Positions 25,790-36,085 of a stretch of 64,000 bases of DNA are shown piece after piece; position 1 is the first letter of the stretch; every line of letters begins with the position of its first letter. Location of the stretch: contig CM068744.1 of the NCBI GenBank assembly GCA_035084275.1, positions 41,354,001 through 41,418,000 on the forward strand, written 5' to 3'. The notes under the pieces are model-generated. The model did no database searches and had not been told where the DNA came from. It worked only from the letters and a program-made list of their open reading frames with translations. The position numbers were made by a program, and so were the translations under genes. The stretch is from Hydrolagus colliei. Taxonomy: Eukaryota.

Positions 25790-26550
25790 GGTTCACCACC
25801 AACTGTGGTTGGAGCGTCTCCACAGTTACCCTCGTTGTTCGTCGCGCGCGAAAATGGCCTAACATTCAAATATCATCCTGGAGGCTAAAAACAACCCGAA
25901 TGTCCTTTTTTCCACCAACCACCACCTCCTCCGTGCACCCCCTCAGGCATCCTCAATCTTCACTTCAAATGCGAAGTGTGAGGAGGTCATGGACTTCTTC
26001 TCCTCCAAATTCCACAATATCCGCCAGGCAACCTCATCCTCCTGCCTCTCATCGCCTACCAACACCACCCCCATTCTATCCCCTTACCCTCCTCATCATC
26101 AGCTCCTACCATGACCCCCTTCCTACATTCCTTCTCCCCCATCTCTCCTTCTCTCTCACACACCATCACCTCAATCACCAAGCCCACCACCTGCTGCCTC
26201 GACCCCTTTCCCACCAACTTACTGGTCACCCAGCTCCCCTCCTCTGCCCACTGCTGGCTGACATCATCAACCAGTCCCTCTCCACAGGATTAGTCCTGCT
26301 CCATGATCGGTGGCCATACCTCCAGCCACTATGCCTCCAGGCTCTGGAATTCCCTTCCTTACTCCCTTCACCTTGTCCTCTCTCTTCCCAGAGAGTTTCA
26401 GGTCTCAGCTAAATACCTTTCTCTTCAACCGGGCCTTTGGTCACCTTCCTACCCCTGCCCCTGGCTCGGTCCCGGGATCCATTATTGTGAAGCACTCTGA
26501 GACACCATCCAGCATGGATGGCTCTATATATATCGAAGTTGTGGTTGTCT
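25790..26550 (+). mobile_element. Internally deleted L2 fragment with 3' tail
   Basis: KPTTCCLDPFPT..LADIINQSLSTG region joined directly to the SHYASRLWNSLP 3' end and tail. Confidence 0.7.
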
Positions 26551-26964
26551 CTCTCACTTTCTTTCTATTAGTTTTACTTTCTCTGTCTCTCTTTATTCTT
26601 TCCTTTCTTCTGTTCTGTTTGTCATGGGTAGTTGATAGATTCCTACAAATGTAATTAGGAGAACAATCATTTCGGAAGTTTGTTAGTGAGTTTGGGGAGA
26701 AGCAGGGAATTTCAATTCAGATAAAAGGTTTAACAGACTAGCAAGCAGTGATAGTTATATATGAATTTTCTCTCCCCCTCGTGTTTCTTTTTCATTTTTG
26801 ATTACTTTCTTTTTTACATTATATTCTATTGTTAAACATTCCTTATTTTTGCTATTCTTTCAACTCTAAGCATCTCTATCTCTCCTGCCCAACATAAATT
26901 CAGGCAAAGCTTTACTCAGTATATTAAGCAAGTAAGCAATTTACCGGTCAACAAGCACACAGCA

Positions 26965-28005
26965 CTAGAGCTGGTCTGAGCTGTAATTGAGGGATATTTT
27001 ATTCCCATCAATGCAGCGCAGATTTGCCATCTCTCGTTTCATCTCACATCCCATCCACACCTCTATTTCGACAGGAATATCGTAGATAATCTCTTCTTGA
27101 AGAACTTGAATCTTCAGCCTGGTCATAGGGGGGACCTTGTTAGGGAGAGAGAGCTCCTGTTCGTGGGTCGTGGTCTTGGATTCTGAGGTGCCTTTTTCCA
27201 CTTGGAATCCTGTCTGAAGCTCTTTTTTCAGCTCAAGGCTCATACCAGCTTCGAAACCAAACATACCAAATGATGCTGACACATTAAAGGTGCTGCCAGT
27301 GGTGATTTGAGAGGATTCACTGAAGGTGAAATGCTGGGAGATGGTCACTTCCATACGGCTGTTCTTGGTGGTTGTGAACTGTTGCTCAGAGGCAGTTCGA
27401 TTTTCACAATGAAATTCATCAACTGGGTGTTCTTTTGAGATTTGCTTGCCTTCATCCCAAAGGATCGTCACCTTTTTAACCACGGGTTTCCCAGGCTTCA
27501 GAGGGCGAATGTGGGACATACGATCATGGAAATTAAAGGCACCATAATCATGACAATGTTCACCCTCTCTAGCCAACATTGTGCGCCCCTCGCAGTTTGG
27601 GTGTTGATAGAGCATCCAAACCCCACTCTGGACAATGTGGGAGGAAGCCTTGTCATTCATGTCACCACTAACTAGGTTGGTTTCTTGGGTGAATGATCTA
27701 GATAGTCCTTTATAATTGCCATGTTCATAAAGAGTTATGCGAGGATTCGCCAGGTTCTCTTGGATCAGTTTCATAGACGAGATCACATCATTGAACTCCC
27801 TGATAAAATTATAACGCCCTTCCTCATACACTCGGACAGTTCCACGGTAGAACTGATGTTCATACACGGCCCAGGGTTGGCCAAATACCTCCAAGCATGA
27901 GATAACATTGTCAAAGCTCAGTGCAACCAGATCAGGGACATCTTCAGTGAACTCGTGGGAAAGTCCTGTAAAATTAGGATGCTGATAGACAACAAGTTTG
28001 TTCAT
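26965..28005 (-). CDS. Beta/gamma-crystallin-domain aerolysin-like pore-forming protein (ep37/EDSP / betagamma-CAT alpha-subunit-like), 346 aa, intronless CDS
   Basis: Four Greek-key signatures (YQHPNFTG, YEHQFYRG, YEHGNYKG, YQHPNCEG) make two crystallin domains. The C-terminal ~170 aa is Ser/Thr-rich with an alternating amphipathic hairpin (FTFSESSQITTGSTFNVSASFGMFGFEAGMSLEL) and VPPMTRLKI, typical of aerolysin/ETX-MTX2 folds. A at -3 of the ATG. Confidence 0.88.
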   Translation of the reverse strand: MNKLVVYQHPNFTGLSHEFTEDVPDLVALSFDNVISCLEVFGQPWAVYEHQFYRGTVRVYEEGRYNFIREFNDVISSMKLIQENLANPRITLYEHGNYKGLSRSFTQETNLVSGDMNDKASSHIVQSGVWMLYQHPNCEGRTMLAREGEHCHDYGAFNFHDRMSHIRPLKPGKPVVKKVTILWDEGKQISKEHPVDEFHCENRTASEQQFTTTKNSRMEVTISQHFTFSESSQITTGSTFNVSASFGMFGFEAGMSLELKKELQTGFQVEKGTSESKTTTHEQELSLPNKVPPMTRLKIQVLQEEIIYDIPVEIEVWMGCEMKREMANLRCIDGNKISLNYSSDQL

Positions 28006-28095
28006 CTTGTGATCGCTTCTTGGATTGAGAGTCCTTTGAGTGAAGAGAAGGTGTCTGAGCTTCCAGATTTCAGATGCAATGTAAAGATATAAGAA

Positions 28096-28101
28096 TTTAT
28101 A
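28096..28101 (-). promoter_or_regulatory. Candidate TATA box of the aerolysin-like gene
   Basis: TATAAA on the - strand (tttata on +) about 90 nt upstream of ATG 28005. Confidence 0.45.
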
Positions 28102-28689
28102 GTCATTCCACCTGAGTGCGTAAGGTATGCTTATAGGCTTAATCTAGATGAACTTTAATCAGAGACTGCAATGAGGACCAAATATGGAAGAACAATCAAT
28201 TCATACCATCAATGTAACAATAATCCTTTACTGACGTAAATCATTAGTGGCTGTTTGGACGCTAAGTTAATCAAGCTGACAGAGAAGATCATAAAATATC
28301 ATTGGTTTATATGGCCATATTACTGATATAGAAATTAATCATTATCAATCTAGAGAACAGAATAAAAATGACTAGCTGTGTCTTCATTTTGCTAGGTACC
28401 TACTTGCCTTCTAACTTTCCCATAGCTGTTAGTGGCCAATATTTATTCACATGAAGAAATTATTTTTCACAAACTTTTCTTCAACTCCAATTACAAGACC
28501 ATCTGGTAGGTTGCAAATATTATATTTCCTTGCTCTTTCTTACTCAACACCTCACGAATAATAATAATTGCATTTGGTAGTGTTCCTTATCGTTGAGACA
28601 TCTCACAGGTATTCACAGAAGAAATTGAAAAACGGATTCACTGTATGTGTTTTTAAATAAAGACTATCAGCAAAACACATCAAACAACA

Positions 28690-30750
28690 AAATAACATTT
28701 CTAAAGCAACTTTCCTGATGGAAGGACGAGTGTAGGAAGGATGCTGAAGGTATGGTCCTAAAGGAGGGTCTTGAGTCAGGCCCTGATGGAGACAAGTGAG
28801 TGAGCAAGGCAAAGGGGTAGTGGAACAGTGTTCCAAAGATTGGGACAGAGAAGCCGGAAGCCCAGCCACCAATATTACGGCAGGTCAGGCAGGAGACATG
28901 GAGCAGGATAGAGCCTCTGAGCAGAGGGAATGGTTGATCAGAGAGGTAAGAGGGGGAAAGGCTGTGGATAACCTCGAAGATGAGGACAAGCAATTTGAAT
29001 TCTATGCTCTGAGCAATGGGGAGGCAGTGGAGACGAGCAAGCATGGGAGTTGTAGGGTCATTGAGCCTGGGAGAGGACATGAGCTGGAGAGTTCTGGATG
29101 AGTTTCTGAGCCATGATGTACAAATGCATATATGAGGGTTTCAGCAGCCTGATGGGTGAGGCAGTGGCAGTGTCAGTCGACATTGCCTAGGTGGGGGAAG
29201 GCAGAGCAGGCCATGCCATGGATATGAGGGAGAAAGGATAGTTGATGCATGACTGTTTGTGGCACATTGATGCACTCAATTGGTTGTCACGTTTTGCCCT
29301 CAAACTATATGTTCAATTCAATCTATAAGTTTATATATAAAATGAAAGATTATTGTAATTATTGTCTATACAATGCATTTTAAATTCTGAACCTTTTAAA
29401 TTGCAGGGGGTTTTTATTGTGAGCTAAAGGAATTGAGCTGGATTGTACTTTTGAATACAAGCTGAAAAGATGTGTGAAATTACTCATTTGAATCCAAATG
29501 TTTCTGTTCAGGGTGGCAAAATACTTCAGATGCTGGAAATCTGCAACCAAAACAGAAATTGCCTGACCTGCTGAGTGTTCTCAACAAGTTCACCCTATCA
29601 GGGTGTCTGGAGGGTTTCTGAGAATTTGTAAAACTAGATTCAGTGAAAGAGGAGAAGAGGAAAAGAAACCACAAGCATTTCACTTCTGAGCCACACAGTT
29701 CGATATATAATAATATATTTATAATAATTATAATCCATGTATTTTAGCCTTTATGGCCCCATGCTTTGGAACTCCATCCCAAATTTCCTTTGCCTTGCTT
29801 CTTGAAGGCTTATCTGAAGACCCTCATTTTTGACCACACCTTTGGCCACCTCCACCATGCCTAATCTGAAACCTTGGGAATGTTTCCTTACTTCACATGC
29901 CTAATAATATTCTCTCCAGAAAAAAATACAATAATAAATTGGTTACGTTACTTCTGTGTGCAAATAACTGCTGAGGTTTACCCATAAATAAACAGTTAAT
30001 TATATTCCTGGAGATGTCAAGAATATGTAAAAAAGGCTATATCAAATGTAAGGATTATTATTATTGCTATCCCAACCAATACATTATTACGTATCTATCT
30101 TGTGAGTTGTTCGAATCTGGAATGCATTGCCTGAAAAGGTTTATGGAGGCCAACTCGATAATAACTTTTAAAAGAGAGGTAGACGTTTATTTGAGGAGGA
30201 TGGGTTTACGCGGTTATGGGGAGAGAGCTGTGCAGTGGGATTGAATTGCTAGCTTCAAAGAGCCGGCACAGGCTTGATGTGCCAAATGGCTTCCTTTTGT
30301 GCCATAGGATTCTATGATTCTATGATTTTCATTCCCTCCACTCCCACTTAGGTCCAAATCTCTGACTGTCCAGTGCCTTAGGCTGTACTCCCTACACGAA
30401 AGACAACGCAAAATAAATGTAATATTGTATTGTATTGTATGACAGTAATTATGTAGACAAACTCAGCAGCCAATTGGCACACATCATTGTCCACAGGCAT
30501 GAGGTGAATCAATAGTTTTACCTGGGAGATTGGTTGTTAACGGCAAACAAGAAAATTACATTTTTGTATACCTCCTTTCACGTCCAAAGGAAACTGGGAG
30601 AAACTCAAAAAGAAACTCGATAGTAAAATAAATTGATGTTTAGTACTGCATGATGCTGATGCCATGTTAAACAAGTGGAAGGTATCTCCATCTGGCCACC
30701 CAGCCAACAAAATTCCTTCCATGTATACAACATAGAAGAAACTTAAGCTT
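28690..30750 (+). repeat. Older duplication copy A (paralog of ~42880-44570)
   Basis: Shared non-TE blocks, e.g. atgcattttaaattctgaacc (29374) vs atgcattttaaattcagaacc (43791), catttcacttctgagc (29678/44009), caaactcagcagccaat..cacacatcattg (~30459/~44298). Confidence 0.85.
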
Positions 30751-30802
30751 GCATTAAACCATGTTTGCTGCATATTGCTTTAAGGACATAAGTGGCAATT
30801 GG

Positions 30803-31118
30803 TGGAGCTCCTGTAGCTCAGTGGTTAGAGCAATTGCCTTACAAGCATGAGACCTGTGTTCGAATCCAAGCAGATGAGGGTGAAACCTTGGGCAAGTTTC
30901 CTTACTCCACACTCCTAATAATAATCCCTCCAAAAAAACACAACAATAAAAATTGGGCATTTCAATCCATGACTGTTTGTTGGACATTGCTGTGCAAAAC
31001 AGGCTGCTGCTTGTCACCCACAAAAACACTCAATTCACTTTATAGTATATTCTGTGTGGCACTTTGAGACGTCAATCAGATGTGAAAAGCGCTATATGAA
31101 ATGCAAGTGTTATTATTA
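30803..31118 (+). mobile_element. Full-length tRNA-derived SINE (Deu-type core, L2-like 3' tail)
   Basis: A box tagctcagtgg, B box gttcgaatcc, core gctgtgcaaaacaggctgctg, tail gcactttgagacgtc..gaaaagcgctatatgaaatgcaagtgttattatta. Many related copies across the window. Confidence 0.85.
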
Positions 31119-31177
31119 CAATTGGATATGGATGATGTAAGTATCAAAGGATTCTGGGAAGAGTGACTTGCAGATTT

Positions 31178-32570
31178 TGAAAGAGGTTGATTTGTATAGT
31201 TCCAATAAAAGGTAGGACTTGTGAATCAACTTCAATGGACAAAACAGCGTTTATTAAGAAAGCACTGTTGGCAGGCTGTGGCACCACCAAAGAAAGTCTG
31301 AAGTGCGTGTAGGCAGGCAAAGAAGATAAAAGGTACAAGGTTACATGCATCGCAGTGCAGGCAATGAAGCAAAAGGAACTCACCCTCCAAAACCAAGGGG
31401 AGGAGATCCTGACCCTGTATGAGATCAGGACAGCTTTCCAAGAACAGGAGAGGAAAGCCCTTGTTAGGATGAGTGATCCTCAATTGCCAGTTGCTGACTT
31501 ACGAATATTTTTGGAAAGACACTGTGAACAGGTTCTCAAAATCAGAGAGAAAAGGGAGGCAGGTGTCTGGACGTCCAAGTGGGGGGTGTGGCTAAAGCTG
31601 ATGAAGGCAGATGAAGTTTAATACAGAGAAGTTTGAGGTGATACACTTTGGGAGAAGAAATGAGGGGACGCAATATAGGCTAGATAGTACAATTTTAAAG
31701 GGTGTGAAACAGAGAACAGAGAGACCTGGGGATTTGTGTTAGTGACTCTTTGAAAGTGGCAGGACAGGTAGTCAAAGCCATTAAGAAGGCAATGGGATAC
31801 TAGGCTTTATAAATAGGGGTATAGAATACAAAAGTCAGGAAGTGCTGATTAACCTCTATAAGACTTTGGTTAGGCCTCAGCTGGAGTACTGTGTACAATT
31901 CTGGTCACCACATTTTAGGATATTAAGGCATTGGAAAGGGTGCAGAGGAGATTTACTAGGATGGTACCAGGAATGAGGGACTTCAGCTACGAGGAAAGGC
32001 TAGATAGGCTAGGCTTATTCTCTCGAGAACAAAGAAGGTTGAGAGGAGACCTGATAGTGGTTTACAAGATTATGAGAGGTTTCAACAGGGTGAATAGGGA
32101 AAGATTGTTTCCACTGGTAGGCGAATCAGTGACTCGTGGTCACAGATTTAAAATAGTTTCTAAACGAAGCAGAGGGGCGCTGAGGAGAATTTTTTTCACT
32201 CAGCAGGTTGTTCGAATTTGGAATGCATTGCCTGAAAAAGTGTGGAGGCAGATTCCATTATAGCTTTTAAAAGGGAACTAGATCTTTATTTAGGAAGAGC
32301 AGGTCTGTTATGGGGAGAAATCTAGGCAGTGGGATTGAGTTGCTCTGTTCAAAGAGCCTGCACAGACTAGATGGGTTGAATGGCCTCCTTTTGTGCCGTA
32401 TGATTCTATGATACACAGGAGAGATGAGGGGAGTGTGGCTCACATTCCTTCCTGGTTTATCATTGGTAGCTTAGGGGCACACTATCCTACACCGGACAGC
32501 CTCAAGCATGCCTGAGGTGCTAAAGTGCAATTAGGTGGGACAATATGTGTGGCACGGCACCATTCCATCC
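31178..32570 (+). pseudogene. Tx1-type L1 ORF1 / ZCCHC3-like relic interrupted by a CR1 insertion
   Basis: Left part reads MDKTAFIKKALLAGCGTTKESLKCV*..LVRMSDPQLPVADLRIFLERH..AGVWTSKW. After the CR1 it resumes DEGSVAHIPSWFIIGS, then (frameshift) RGTLSYTGQPQACLRC*, matching the GIWT..HxP..IG..RG...Y.GQP..C..C pattern of that family as recalled. Confidence 0.65.
31595..32410 (+). mobile_element. CR1 LINE 3' fragment
   Basis: ERVQRRFTRMVPGMRDFSYEERLDRLGLFS..RRLRGDLIVVYKIM; tail atgattctatga. Confidence 0.9.
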
Positions 32571-33049
32571 CATCACAAAGTCAATCAAGTGATTGTAATT
32601 CACCATGTTTTTGAAAGAATAAGTCAGGGGTCATGACCTGAGCTGGAGGGGTTACAGTAAATGTACAGTGGAGTGCAGTGCAGGGAGGGAATGGGAGAGT
32701 GGGAGTTAGCAGGATGATCGAATGAGTGGTTGGATGAAGAGGTGGGTCTTGAGATGTGTTTGAAAGAAGGCTAGGGAGATGGGCGGATGGGGTGGGGAGA
32801 GTTGAAGGGGATGTGGAATGGAGTTCCAGAGCTTGAAGATCTGATTGTCAATTGTGTGGTGGGGGTTGAATGGTTGGGGAATGTGGAGCAGACAGTTGCC
32901 AGCCAAGCAGAGGGAGCGTACATGTTTGATATCGTAACCAAACCTTCAATGAATGGGTGGAGGGATGGGAATGCAAACAGTATTTCAGATAAGGGAAGGG
33001 TAAGACAGAGTACAAGGGGATGGGTAGGACAGGAGAAAAGTACAGAGCA

Positions 33050-36000
33050 GGTGAATTCTGTCTTGGAGTGCTTGTATGTAAATGCACAGAGTTTGACAAA
33101 TAAAATTGGTGAGCTGCAGGCTCTAGTTGCTGCAAGGGAATATGATGTGGTAGCAATAACAGACACCTGGCTCAAACAAGGACAGGAATGGGAACTCAAC
33201 ATTCCTGGCTATAGTATATTTAGGAGGGATAGAGAAGGGAGAAAAGAAGGTGGGGTGGCAATATTAGTTAAAGACTCAGTTACAGCCTTAGAAAGGAACG
33301 AGGTGGAAGAAGGCCAAAAAATCAAACCTACCTGGTTAGAGATAAGGAATAAAAAAGGAGCAGTTACATTGTTAGGGGTATGCTATAGACCACCAAATAG
33401 TGGGAAGGTGATAGAAGAGCAGATCTGCAAGCGGATTTCGGAAAGATGCAAAGCCAATAGAGTAGTGATAATGGGAGACTTCAATTATCCCAACATCGAC
33501 TGGCAGAAGAGTAGTGTAAAGGGAAAGGATGGAGAAGAATTCCTGAAATGTGTACAGGGCAAATTCCTTGATCAGTATGCTTCCAGTCCAACAAGGAAGG
33601 AAGCAGTGCTGGATCTAGTTTTGGGGAATGAGGTGGGGCAAGTACAACAGGTTTCTGTAGGTGAGCACCTAGGAAATAGCTATCACAATATCATTAGATG
33701 CAGAGTAATTATGGAAAGGTATGAGGACCACTCAAAGGTGATGACACTCAACTGGAAGAAGGCTAATTTCAGTGAGTTAAAACGGGACCTAGCCGAGGTG
33801 GACTGGAAAGAATGATTGGCAGGTAAAACAGCTAATGAGCAGTGGGCAGTCTTCAAGGAAGAGATAGTTTGGGCACAGGTCAAAAGCATTCCAACAAAGA
33901 TAAAATGTAGGGCATCCAAACCTCCCTGGATATCTAAGGCAATTAAGGTTAAAATAAAGCAAAAAATTGAGGCTTATGACAAGTGTCAGGCCCAAGATAC
34001 AGAGGTCAACCAAGCAGAATATAGGAACAGCAGGCGAGAAATGAAAAAGGAAATTAGAGGGGCAAAAAGACTACATGAGAAACAATTAGCAGGTAACATT
34101 AAAGGGAACCATAAGGTATTTTACAAACATATTAAGAGTAAAAGATTGGTCAAGGATAGAGTGGGGCCAATTAGGGGGCCAAGGAAGAAATCTTATTGTG
34201 GAGGCAGAGGGCATGGCTGATGTGCTAAATGAATACTTTGCCTCTGTCTTAACAAGAGGATGCAGCCAATGCTACAGTATTGGAGGAGAGGGTAGAACAA
34301 ATGGATAGGATTAGTATCAACAGAGAGAAAGTACTAAAAAGGTTGACGGCGCTCAAGGTAGATAAGTCACCCGGTCCAGATGGGATGCATCCTAGCTTAA
34401 TAAGGGAAGTACGGGAGCAAATAGCACCCAGGTAGCAAACCCATGTGGGGCCCATATGGGCATGGATAAACCCAAATTGGCCCATATGGGGCCTATATGG
34501 GCTTGCTACCTGGGCAGCGACTCCGGCCACAATCTTTCAATCTTCCTTGGACACAGGGGTGGTGCCAGAGGACTGGAAGGCTGCGAATATTACTCCCCTG
34601 TATAAAAAGGTGCAGAAGGACAAATCTGGGAACTACAGGCCAGTCAATCTAATGTTGGTAGTGGGCAAACTTCTAGAAGCTATAATCAGGGACAAGAAAG
34701 ACCTTCACTTTGAAAGATATAGGCTAATAAAGGATAGCCAGCATGAATTTGTTAAAGGCAAATCTTGCCTTACAAATCTGATAGAATTTTTCGATGAGGT
34801 AACGGAATGGGTGAACGAGGGTAGCGCAGTTCATGTTGTTTACATGGACTTTCAAAAGGCATTTGACAAAGTGCCGCATAGGAGGCTTATTAGGAAAGTA
34901 GAGGCCCATGGCATTAAAGGGACAGTGGCAGCGTGGATCCACAACTGGCTGCGAGACAGAAAGCAGAGAGTTGTGGTGAGTGGCTGTTTTTCAGACTGGA
35001 GGGTAGTGCGCAGGGGCATCCCCCAGGGATCGGTTTTGGGACCATTGCTCTTTTTATATAGCTCTTTTGAGCTATATAAGTGCAATTTTGTTGTTGTTGT
35101 TTTTAATATATATTAAAAAGGAAAACAATATATAGATATACTATATATATTAACAATCTAGACTTGGGTATAGGGAGCACAGTTCCCAAATTTGCAGATA
35201 ATACTAAGTTAGGGAGAATAGTAAATAGTGAGGAGGATAGTAACCATCTGCAAGAAGATATAGATAAAATGGTAAAGTGGCCAGACACATGGCAGATGAA
35301 GTTTAATACAGAGAAGTGTGAGGTTAGATAGGTTAGACAGTACAATTTTAAGGGGTGTGCGGGAACAGAGAGATCTGGGGATTTGTGTTAGTGATTCTTT
35401 GAAGGTGGCAGGACAGGTAGACAAAGCCGTTAAGAAGGCATATGGGATAATAGGATTTATAAATAGGGGTACAGAGTACAAAAGTCAGGAAGTGCTGACT
35501 AACCTCTATAAAACTTTGGTTAGGCCTCAGCTGGAGTACTGTGTACAATTCTAGTCACCACACTATAGAAAGGATGTTAAGGCATTGGAAAGGGTGCAAA
35601 GAAAGTTTACTAGAATGGTACCAGGATTGAGGGTCTTCAGTTAAGGAGAAAGGCTAGATAGGCTAGGTTTATTCTCTTTGGAACAGAGAAGGTTGAGAGG
35701 AGAACTAACAGAGGTTTATAAAATCACAAGGGGATTCGACAGTGTGAATAAGGAAAAACTATTTCCACTGGTGGGCAAATCTGTGATTCATGATCACAGA
35801 TTTAAAATAGTTTTGAAACGAAGCAGAGGGAAGCTGAGGAGAATTTTTTTCACTCAGCGGGTTGTTCGAATCTGGAATGCATTGCCTGAAAAGGTGGTGG
35901 AGGCCAATTCGATAACCGCTTTTAAAAGAGAATTAGATCTTTATTTAGGGAGAACAGGTCTATTAGATTATGGGGAGAGAGCTGGGCAGTGGGATTGAGT

Positions 36001-36085
36001 TGCTCTTTTCAAAGAGCCGGCACACACTAGATGGGCTGAATGGCCTCCTTTTGTGCCATAAAATTCTATGATTCTATGATTCAAT
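33050..36085 (+). mobile_element. Near-complete CR1 ORF2 (APE endonuclease + RT), frameshifted, with nested inserts
   Basis: CLYVNAQSLTNKIGEL, VAITDTW, GVCYRPP, IMGDFNYP, LDLVL (APE). [32 protein letters not shown] (RT). CR1 3'UTR and attctatg tail. Confidence 0.92.
34427..34514. mobile_element. 88-bp palindromic MITE, CCC...GGG termini, 2-bp CA TSD (CMC/EnSpm-like)
   Basis: atag-CA-CCCAGGTAGCA...TGCTACCTGGG-CA-gcgact. Perfect 11-bp TIR, interrupts the CR1 coding sequence. Confidence 0.8.

Noticed and set aside
30803-30880. tRNA-Val(TAC)-like sequence (also at 41939 and 48060, and minus-strand copies)
   Set aside because: A and B boxes are present, but no complete acceptor stem is evident and each copy continues into the same SINE body. 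These are SINE heads, not tRNA genes.
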